From positions 1-26,625 of the IMG/VR virus record IMGVR_UViG_3300035670_001093: a DNA stretch of 26,625 nucleotides. One strand, 5' to 3'. Below the pieces are notes generated by a model that was not told where the DNA came from, did no database searches, and worked only from the letters and a program-made list of their open reading frames with translations. The translations under genes and the position numbers were made by a program. The DNA comes from a virus (lineage: Duplodnaviria; Caudoviricetes). The first letter of the stretch is position 1. The number at the start of each line of letters is the position of its first letter. This document shows, one piece after another, positions 17,047 to 23,301 of this stretch.

Positions 17047-17954
17047 GGCGCACCGGCTGGCGAGGTAATCGCATCACTCACGGCAGCGTTTTGCGAGCTC
17101 GGTGAATGCTGCTGCCGCCACTCGAGCCACTTGTCCATTGCCAGTGGCTTTAAGTCGGTCCACCCGAGCGGCCACCCCATCAGCCACTCGGTGAAAGCCG
17201 GATTCAGCCGGCCAGTCTGGCCAGACTGCGCGGCCTCTCGCTCGATCGTGTAGTCCAGCCTGTCGTTCGAGTCCGCCCTGTTGTGGCCTGGTGACCAGCC
17301 TTTGTGCTGCGTGGCCGTCGGAGTCGGGAACGCTGGCACTTTCCACTGCGCTTTCCTCACGTCGCGCCCGGCTATTGCGCTCGCTTCCGCAAGCGTCGCC
17401 TCCCCGTCCAGCCATCGTTGCCGGCATAGCCTCACCGTCCCCTCGCATGGCATCGCGCTGGCTGTTGGCGTAGGCCACAATCCAGATTCGCTCGCGCAGG
17501 TGAGGGGCGCCAACATCGGCCGCGGAAACAACTCCCCATTCCGCATCGTACCCGAGCGCGGCAAGGTCACAGAGCACCCTGTCGAGTCCTCGAGAAACGA
17601 GAGCTGGGCTGTTTTCAATGAATGCGAAGCGGGGTCGTACTTCGCCAATGATGCGGGCCATTTCGTGCCACATCCCGCTGCGCTCGCCGTCGAGTCCTTT
17701 CCCTGTCCCGGCGACGCTGATGTCCTGGCATGGGAAGCCGCCAGATACCACGTCAACAAGGCCTCGCCACGGTCGTCCGTCAAAGGTGCGAACGTCATCC
17801 CAAATCGGGAAAGGCGGGAGCATGCCGTCATTCTGTCGGGCGAGCAGTACGCTTGCTGGGTAGGGTTCCCACTCGACAGCGCAGACGGTTCGCCATCCGA
17901 GCAGGTGGCCGCCGAGTATTCCGCCACCAGCGCCTGCGAAAAGTGCCAGCTCAT
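17043..17954 (-). CDS. Overlapping +1-frame ORF: putative beta subunit of split C5 methyltransferase (TRD-like region + motif IX)
   Basis: WPTP/FPTP repeats and GRLNPAFTEWLMGWPLGWT; stop overlaps the HNH ATG; start immediately follows the upstream stop. Confidence 0.7.
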   Translation of the reverse strand: MSWHFSQALVAEYSAATCSDGEPSALSSGNPTQQAYCSPDRMTACSRLSRFGMTFAPLTDDRGEALLTWYLAASHARTSASPGQGKDSTASAAGCGTKWPASLAKYDPASHSLKTAQLSFLEDSTGCSVTLPRSGTMRNGELFPRPMLAPLTCASESGLWPTPTASAMPCEGTVRLCRQRWLDGEATLAEASAIAGRDVRKAQWKVPAFPTPTATQHKGWSPGHNRADSNDRLDYTIEREAAQSGQTGRLNPAFTEWLMGWPLGWTDLKPLAMDKWLEWRQQHSPSSQNAAVSDAITSPAGAP

Positions 17955-17958
17955 TCAT
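17074..17958 (-). CDS. dcm: DNA cytosine-5 methyltransferase, catalytic (alpha) chain lacking motif IX
   Basis: LFAGAGG (I), GGFPCQDIS (IV), IENS (VI), HLRERIW (VIII), RLKATGNGQV (X). Confidence 0.92.
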   Translation of the reverse strand: MNELALFAGAGGGILGGHLLGWRTVCAVEWEPYPASVLLARQNDGMLPPFPIWDDVRTFDGRPWRGLVDVVSGGFPCQDISVAGTGKGLDGERSGMWHEMARIIGEVRPRFAFIENSPALVSRGLDRVLCDLAALGYDAEWGVVSAADVGAPHLRERIWIVAYANSQRDAMRGDGEAMPATMAGRGGDACGSERNSRARREESAVESASVPDSDGHAAQRLVTRPQQGGLERQAGLHDRARGRAVWPDWPAESGFHRVADGVAARVDRLKATGNGQVARVAAAAFTELAKRCRE

Positions 17959-18152
17959 AGGTTCTCGTTATTGATGAAGTCGATGGTGTGTCTGCAGCGC
18001 CGCACGCGCGGCGCCTGCATCTGCTGGCAGTAGGCGGCGTACCAGCGGCGCGCGCCCGAGTGCATCGGGTGCGACCACCAGCCGTTGCCGCCTCGCCAGC
18101 CTGCTCGACGCAGGGCCGCGGCTACCTGTTCAGGGCAGCGGATCTCGACCAC
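17955..18152 (-). CDS. Hypothetical protein (65 aa)
   Basis: GTG start just after Cro-like stop; stop overlaps MTase ATG. Confidence 0.55.
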   Translation of the reverse strand: MVEIRCPEQVAAALRRAGWRGGNGWWSHPMHSGARRWYAAYCQQMQAPRVRRCRHTIDFINNENL

Positions 18153-18154
18153 GG

Positions 18155-18382
18155 TCAGTCCCCGATCAGGTCGTCGGCCCGCAGGCGGATGCCGTTCGCC
18201 TTGGCGACGCGCAGGATGGTCCGGTGGTATTTCGCCGGGATCAGCCCGTCGGTGCCTTCCGGCTTCGGCTTGCGCCAGCGCACGACCCAGGAGTGGTCGA
18301 CGTCCAGCTCGCGGGCGAGCGCGCGCGGCCCGCCGAACGCCTCGATGACGCGGTTGGCTGGGGTGTCGGGGTAGTCACTCAT
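18155..18382 (-). CDS. Cro-like HTH regulator (75 aa)
   Basis: VIEAFGGPRALARELDVDHSWVVRWR...GLIP; AAGGAG RBS; ATG 18382. Confidence 0.85.
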   Translation of the reverse strand: MSDYPDTPANRVIEAFGGPRALARELDVDHSWVVRWRKPKPEGTDGLIPAKYHRTILRVAKANGIRLRADDLIGD

Positions 18383-18513
18383 GGCTGGCACTCCTTGAAT
18401 GCCGGCCATGTTTTGCACCGCAAGGCGTCGATTAGATCGTTGTCGCCGCACGAGACAAGGCACGCGCAAAAGAAGATCAGGACTATCCAGACGTTCGCTG
18501 CGTTCTGGCTCAT
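18379..18513 (-). CDS. Small putative lipoprotein (44 aa)
   Basis: Hydrophobic N-terminus and LVSC lipobox-like motif; ATGA coupling at both ends. Confidence 0.55.
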   Translation of the reverse strand: MSQNAANVWIVLIFFCACLVSCGDNDLIDALRCKTWPAFKECQP

Positions 18514-18902
18514 ACCGCAGACCTCGCCAGCCCTGCGATCACGGCGACCAGCACGATCACCACCAGCACGGTCAGCGCGATGTCGCCGACGCGGCTGGGC
18601 TCGTCCTCGCGCAGGCTCTGGTCGTCGGCGCCGTCGGTTGCGTCGCGGCGTACCTGCTCGGAGCGGCGTTCGAGTTCGGCGGCAGACACCGGCGGCAGGA
18701 CGACGTGCGGTGTCTGCTCGTCGAACGACACGCGCACCGCGCACCCTGCCTTGTGCGCCTCGCGCGCGATGTCCTCGAGGGTTACCGGCTGCGACACCTT
18801 CGTGCCCTTGTCGCTGCGCGGCTTCCGCGCCCGTTTCACCGGCGGCCTCTTACCCGCAGGCTTCCTGTCCCGGCGCGGTGCCGGCTTCTTCGTGGTCCCC
18901 AT
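18510..18902 (-). CDS. Protein with Lys/Arg-rich N-terminus and C-terminal TM helix (130 aa)
   Basis: ATG 18902 with GGGGG RBS; MGTTKKPAPRRDRK...IALTVLVVIVLVAVIAGL. Confidence 0.65.
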   Translation of the reverse strand: MGTTKKPAPRRDRKPAGKRPPVKRARKPRSDKGTKVSQPVTLEDIAREAHKAGCAVRVSFDEQTPHVVLPPVSAAELERRSEQVRRDATDGADDQSLREDEPSRVGDIALTVLVVIVLVAVIAGLARSAV

Positions 18903-18914
18903 ATATCCCCCGTT

Positions 18915-19002
18915 AGTGGTGATAACGCACCACCCATGGTGCCAGTATCGCACCGGGGTTGCAATCCCCTCGTGGCCGTGTATATGGTGCGGTATACGCA
19001 CC
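18915..19002. promoter_or_regulatory. Divergent switch region: three 17-bp operators (18915-18931, 18938-18954, 18986-19002) and leftward promoter TTGCAA-N17-(TGG)CACCAT
   Basis: AGTGGT-GATAA-CGCACC; GGTGCC-AGTAT-CGCACC; GGTGCG-GTATA-CGCACC. Confidence 0.75.
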
Positions 19003-19066
19003 GCATGACAGGCATGCCCGTGCTGGGTGTGTGTCTTTGATCCATGTCAAAGAAAGGCGGCCAAGG

Positions 19067-19663
19067 ATGGCGATAGACACTCGGTGGTTCCGCGACAGGC
19101 TCGCCGATCGGCAGATGAGCCAGCGGGAACTGGCCCGCAAGATGGGCCTCGACCATGCCTCGATCTCGGGGCTCATCAGGGGGAAGCGACCAATGCGGAT
19201 GCAAGAGGCAGCCACGATCGCGCGGCTGCTGGGCGTGCCAGTGTCACAGGTCGTCGAGCACGCCGGCCTGAAACTCGAGGACTCTCGCCAGTGCGCCATC
19301 GTCGGTTACGTCGACGGCACCGGCGAGGCGCACATCGACTGGCACTCCGAGTCCGACCGCGCGCCCTGCATGCTCGGCTGCCCGGAACGCTGCGTCGCCA
19401 TCCGGTTCCAGACCGCGGCCACCACGCTCGACCACCTCGACGGCTGGCTGGCGCACCTGCTGATCCCAGACGACGGCGTGCCGGCCGATTCCGTGGGCAG
19501 ACTGTGCCTGGTCAAACTGCGCGAGGGCATGAAGATCGTCGCCACGGTTCGCCGCGGCTACCAGCCCGGCCGCTGGAACCTGATCCGGCTGGCCGGCGGG
19601 GCGCTCGAGGGCGCCGATCTGCAGTGGGCGACCCCGATCCGGGTGCTGCGCGCGCCGGAATAA
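19067..19663 (+). CDS. CI-like XRE HTH repressor with degenerate S24-like C-terminal domain
   Basis: MSQRELARKMGLDHASISGLIRGKR HTH; IVGYV...GRLCLVKLREG; divergent from the Cro-containing operon. Confidence 0.85.
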   Translation: MAIDTRWFRDRLADRQMSQRELARKMGLDHASISGLIRGKRPMRMQEAATIARLLGVPVSQVVEHAGLKLEDSRQCAIVGYVDGTGEAHIDWHSESDRAPCMLGCPERCVAIRFQTAATTLDHLDGWLAHLLIPDDGVPADSVGRLCLVKLREGMKIVATVRRGYQPGRWNLIRLAGGALEGADLQWATPIRVLRAPE

Positions 19664-19684
19664 GGCGTAATTCTGCGGCACCTG

Positions 19685-19719
19685 TTGACACCGGGCGGGA
19701 GCGGTGCGATATTCCCACC
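19685..19719 (+). promoter_or_regulatory. Sigma70 promoter TTGACA-N17-(TGC)GATATT overlapped by operator GGTGCG-ATATT-CCCACC (19703-19719)
   Basis: Perfect -35, extended -10, directly upstream of the exonuclease gene. Confidence 0.75.
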
Positions 19720-19758
19720 GCCGGCGTGAGACCGGCACCACCATCAGGGAGATCCACC

Positions 19759-20730
19759 ATGGCAATCATCATCCCGCGCGACCGCCAGCACTGGCTGGAA
19801 TTGCGCGCCGGCGTCGTCACCTCGACCGAGGTGTCCGCCCTGTTCGGCGAGTCGCCGTACCTCACCGCGTTCGAGCTCTGGCACCGGAAGAAAAACGGGG
19901 ACCTCGGCGAGATCGCCGACAACGACCGCATGAAGTGGGGCCGTCGCCTCGAGGCCAGCATCGCCGAGGGCGTGGCCGAGGACTTCGGCGTCGACGTCCG
20001 CAACCTGCAGGAGTTCGCCACCCACGACGACGTCCGCATGGGCGCCTCGTTCGACTTCGAGGTCATCGGCACGCTGGTCGGCCACGAGGACGTCGCTGAC
20101 CGCCGGCTGCTCGACCTGTACGACGAGCACGGCCCGGGCGTCATGGAGATCAAGAACGTCGACGGCCTCGCCTGGCGCAACAACTGGACCCGCGGCGAGG
20201 TCGCCGAGGCGCCGGCCCACATCGAGATCCAGCTGCAGGCGCAGCTCGACTGCCTCGGCCGCGAGTGGGGCTGCATCGTGGCGCTGGTCGGCGGCAACGA
20301 GGCGCACGTCATCGTCCGCAAGCGGGACCGTGCCGTCGGTGCGGCATTGCGCCGCAAGGTCGCCGAGTTCTGGGCCAGCATCGAGGCCAACACGCCGCCG
20401 CCTCCGGTCATGCCGCAGGACGCCGCCTTCATCGTCCAGCTTTACCAGTTCGCCGAGCCGGGCAAGGTTTTCGATGGCCGCGGTGATGCGGAGATCGCAT
20501 CGCTGTGTGCCGAATACCACCAGGCCGGCAAGGAGGAGAAGGCCGCCAAGGACCGCAAGGATTCCGCGCGCGCCCGCCTGCTCGAGCGCATCGGCGACTC
20601 CGAGAAGGTCCTCGCCGACGGCTTCAGCATCAGCTGCGGCATGGTCGGCCCGGCCGAGATCCCCGCCTACACCCGCGCGGGTTATCGCGGGTTCCGTGTC
20701 ACCGCCAAGAAATCCACCAGCAAGGAGTAA
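19759..20730 (+). CDS. YqaJ / lambda-exonuclease family recombination nuclease
   Basis: WLELRAGVVTSTEVSALFGESPY, WGRRLE, ASFD, MEIKNV, IQLQAQL; AGGGAG RBS. Confidence 0.92.
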   Translation: MAIIIPRDRQHWLELRAGVVTSTEVSALFGESPYLTAFELWHRKKNGDLGEIADNDRMKWGRRLEASIAEGVAEDFGVDVRNLQEFATHDDVRMGASFDFEVIGTLVGHEDVADRRLLDLYDEHGPGVMEIKNVDGLAWRNNWTRGEVAEAPAHIEIQLQAQLDCLGREWGCIVALVGGNEAHVIVRKRDRAVGAALRRKVAEFWASIEANTPPPPVMPQDAAFIVQLYQFAEPGKVFDGRGDAEIASLCAEYHQAGKEEKAAKDRKDSARARLLERIGDSEKVLADGFSISCGMVGPAEIPAYTRAGYRGFRVTAKKSTSKE

Positions 20731-20737
20731 CGCCACC

Positions 20738-21574
20738 ATGTCCACCGCAATCGTCGAGTTCCGCAACACCCTGACCAGCATGGCGCCCGAGTTCGGCAAG
20801 GCCCTGCCGGCGCACGTCACCAGCGACAAGTTCACCCGCGTCGTGATGTCCGCCGTCCAGGCCAACCCGGACGTGCTCAACGCCGACAAGCGCACGCTGC
20901 TCGGTGCCTGCATGAAGGCCGCGCAGGACGGCCTGCTGGTCGACGGCCGCGAGGCCGCGCTGACGGTCTACAACAGCAAGGCCGGCAAGGTCGTCCAATA
21001 CATGCCGATGATCGCCGGCATCCTGAAGAAGGCCCGCAACAGCGGCGAGATCAGCACCATCGCCGCCGAGCTGGTCTACGAGAACGACTCGTTCAAGTAC
21101 CGCATCATCAACGGCAAGCCGGAGATGAGCCACGAGCCCGACGTGTTCAGCGACCGCGGCGAGATTAAGGGCGCCTACGCCTGCGCGGTGCTGAAGGACG
21201 GCAGCACCATGATCGAGGTGATGTCGAAGGCCGACATCGAGAAGGTCCGCGCCGCCAGCCGCGCGAAGGACTCCGGCCCGTGGGTGTCCTGGTGGGGCGA
21301 GATGGCGCGCAAGACTGTCCTGCGCCGCCTGTCGAAGCGCCTGCCGTCCAGCTCCGACCGCGAGGACGACCTGCAGCGCACGATCCAGCGCGACGACGAT
21401 CTGTACGACCTGGACCAGCAGCAGGACGCCACGCCGGCCGGCGCTGCTCCGGCTGCTACCGCCCGGCCGTCGTCGCTGTCCCGCGTTGTCGAGGCCGCTG
21501 GCGCGACGATTGACGGCACCGCCGACGAGATCCCGCCGGCGTCGCCCGAGAACCTCGACGACATCCCGCTGTGA
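20738..21574 (+). CDS. recT: RecT-family ssDNA annealing protein
   Basis: ALPAHVTSDKFTRV, AAQDGLLVDGREAA, PWVSWWGEMARKTVLRRLSKRLP; follows the exonuclease. Confidence 0.92.
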   Translation: MSTAIVEFRNTLTSMAPEFGKALPAHVTSDKFTRVVMSAVQANPDVLNADKRTLLGACMKAAQDGLLVDGREAALTVYNSKAGKVVQYMPMIAGILKKARNSGEISTIAAELVYENDSFKYRIINGKPEMSHEPDVFSDRGEIKGAYACAVLKDGSTMIEVMSKADIEKVRAASRAKDSGPWVSWWGEMARKTVLRRLSKRLPSSSDREDDLQRTIQRDDDLYDLDQQQDATPAGAAPAATARPSSLSRVVEAAGATIDGTADEIPPASPENLDDIPL

Positions 21575-21582
21575 GGTGATGC

Positions 21583-21786
21583 ATGACGTCGCAGGCATTC
21601 CTGACGACGGAGGACCTGGCTGCCCGGTGGCGCATGTCACCGGGCGGCATCAAGAACCTCCGCAATTCCGGGCGCCCGCACCCGAAGCACCTGAAGTTCG
21701 GGTTCGGCAAAAACTCACCCGTCCGCTACCCGCTGGACGAGGTGGAAAAATTTGAGCGGGAGAATATGAGGGGTGAGGATGTATGA
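21583..21786 (+). CDS. Excisionase/AlpA-like HTH DNA-binding protein
   Basis: FLTTEDLAARWRMS...VRYPLDEVEKFE. Confidence 0.8.
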   Translation: MTSQAFLTTEDLAARWRMSPGGIKNLRNSGRPHPKHLKFGFGKNSPVRYPLDEVEKFERENMRGEDV

Positions 21787-22535
21787 GCGGGCATAACTGG
21801 CTGATTGATAGGATTGACGGCTCGTTCACTTGGTGGATGTGTTCTCGGTGCGGGCTCAAAAAACCGACAAGTATGGGCAATCCTCCGCGCGCTGACGTTG
21901 AACCGTCGTGCGGGGCTGTTGCTGAAAAACTGAAAGACGCCGACGGCTGGATCGAGTGGAAGGGCGGCGACTGCCCGTGCGGGCCTGGCGTGGTGGTCGA
22001 GTGGAAAACGCGGGCGATGCCTGGCGATCAGATTTATTGGGGCCCGCGCGAGGCCGACCTGCTCGACTGGCGGCAAACCGGAGGCGGCGACGATATTGTC
22101 GCCTTCCGCGTCGTCGGCGCGGTGACGATGCACGTCCAGAAGCCGGGCGAGTCGCGCCGGGTATGCGTTCATGGCATGCCGGAAGGAGGCGTCTGCGCGC
22201 AGTGCTTTGCAGACCATGCAGTGCGCGAGGACAGGCGCAAGCTGTCCGGCGTCGGCCTCTACAACGACAACGGCGACGAGAGCATCCTCGCCGAAGCCGC
22301 CCGCATCGTCGCCGGCGATCGCCAGGCCGACTACGGCGACATGCGCGCGTCGTTCGGCAGGATCGCTACGATCTGGTCAGCCATCCTCGACACCCGCGTC
22401 TCGCCGCGCGACGTCGCCCGCTGCATGATCGCGCTCAAGCTGTCCCGCGACCTGCACCGCCCGAAGCGCGACAACCTGGTCGACATCGCCGGCTACGCGC
22501 ACTGCGCCCAGCAGCTCGAGGACGACGTGCCATGA
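21783..22535 (+). CDS. Mosaic protein with C-terminal DUF6378-like (all-alpha NTP pyrophosphatase-like) domain
   Basis: ILAEAARIVAGDRQADYG...KLSR...RDNLVDIAGYA; upstream GWIEWKGGDCP...DIVAFR module and Cys motifs. Confidence 0.75.
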   Translation: MSGHNWLIDRIDGSFTWWMCSRCGLKKPTSMGNPPRADVEPSCGAVAEKLKDADGWIEWKGGDCPCGPGVVVEWKTRAMPGDQIYWGPREADLLDWRQTGGGDDIVAFRVVGAVTMHVQKPGESRRVCVHGMPEGGVCAQCFADHAVREDRRKLSGVGLYNDNGDESILAEAARIVAGDRQADYGDMRASFGRIATIWSAILDTRVSPRDVARCMIALKLSRDLHRPKRDNLVDIAGYAHCAQQLEDDVP

Positions 22536-22888
22536 ACGCGCCCGAGTGGACGTCTCGTGACATGCTGCGGCTTCGCCACCTCTACGGCACCATCCCTGCG
22601 AGCGATCTGGCCGCGCATTTTCCGGGGCGCACTGAAAAGGCCATCCGTGAGAAGGCGCGCAGGATAGGGCTCCGGTCCAGCCTTCACCGCGAGCAGCGCG
22701 GGCAGCGCCTGTCGCAGGCTTTCTACGAGGAGATACTGGCCGAGTTCGCCGCTGACAAGATCGTCACCATCGCCGCCAGGCGCGGGGTTCCCGAGGGGAC
22801 GGTCAGTTCGTGGGTCAGCCGGGCCAAGTGGCGGCGCGACGCGCAGGCAAAAAAATCCCCGGGGAGCATGGCTCAACCCGGGGAGTGA
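22532..22888 (+). CDS. Myb/SANT-like plus HTH putative regulator (118 aa)
   Basis: WTSRDMLRLRHLY...FPGRTEKAIREKARRIGL; IAARRGVPEGTVSSW; ATGA coupling. Confidence 0.65.
   Translation: MNAPEWTSRDMLRLRHLYGTIPASDLAAHFPGRTEKAIREKARRIGLRSSLHREQRGQRLSQAFYEEILAEFAADKIVTIAARRGVPEGTVSSWVSRAKWRRDAQAKKSPGSMAQPGE
22849..22884 (-). terminator. Rho-independent terminator on minus strand
   Basis: TCCCCGGG-GAGC-ATG-GCTC-AA-CCCGGGGA stem preceded on + by A7 (U7 tail on minus). Confidence 0.65.
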
Positions 22889-22925
22889 GTAGGGAGTCAC
22901 CATGGCCGTCAGGGAGGGCGGCCGT
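22849..22925 (-). ncRNA. Candidate ~75-nt antisense small RNA
   Basis: Bounded by minus-strand promoter (22931-22960) and terminator; carries CUCCCU anti-SD tracts. Confidence 0.45.
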
Positions 22926-22930
22926 GGTCG

Positions 22931-22961
22931 ACCATAGCAGCGCCGGTGCGCTCGTCGCAAC
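22931..22961 (-). promoter_or_regulatory. Promoter TTGCGA-N18-(TGC)TATGGT overlapped by operator GGTGCG-CTCGT-CGCAAC (22945-22961)
   Basis: Operator differs by one base from consensus; back-to-back with possible + promoter TTGTGG-N17-TACCGT (22966-22994). Confidence 0.55.
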
Positions 22962-23093
22962 AGTGTTGTGGATTCCTCACCACTGCGATACCGTTATGGC
23001 TGGGGCTTGGCCGGTCTGATCCACCGGCGACAAGGCTTTGTCCAGGCGCGGGGCTGCCCCTTCCATTCCGCGCCTTCTGCCTGGAGATACCGT

Positions 23094-23291
23094 ATGAATC
23101 GCTTTGAGCTCCGCCTCAAGAATATCGAGTCGACGCCTTTTCACGGCCCTGTGATCGACGTGATGGACACGTTCGACACTGTGGTCCGCGGCCTCGAGGT
23201 CTTTGCGCCTGATAACTGGACCGCTGCCGATGCCGTCAGGCTGACGGAGCTGGTCCTTGCCCGCGTCGACTCAACCGCAAAGCAAGAGTGA
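23094..23291 (+). CDS. Hypothetical protein (65 aa)
   Basis: GGAG RBS, ATG 23094. Confidence 0.6.
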   Translation: MNRFELRLKNIESTPFHGPVIDVMDTFDTVVRGLEVFAPDNWTAADAVRLTELVLARVDSTAKQE

Positions 23292-23301
23292 GGCCTATCT
23301 C

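Noticed and set aside
14539-17958. HNH nucleases plus MTase as a restriction-modification system
   Set aside because: Both HNHs have the Zn-finger/basic-helix layout and insertion signatures of homing endonucleases; the MTase looks like an orphan
17281-18033. 250-aa plus-strand ORF as a third gene over the methyltransferase
   Set aside because: Antisense shadow expected from the dual-frame constraint; no recognisable motif or RBS
18379-18902. TM protein plus lipoprotein as an i-spanin/o-spanin pair
   Set aside because: The TM is C-terminal with no periplasmic coiled coil, and the genes are in the early operon far from lysis genes
18959-20737. Extended ORF-track starts (18959, 19027, 20330; likewise 8723, 9598, 14821, 21956, 23257)
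   Set aside because: These extensions overlap neighbouring genes or operators; downstream starts have an RBS or stop-start coupling and match domain boundaries
23000-23090. Structured region as a tRNA
   Set aside because: No cloverleaf, TTC-containing T-loop or D-loop consensus
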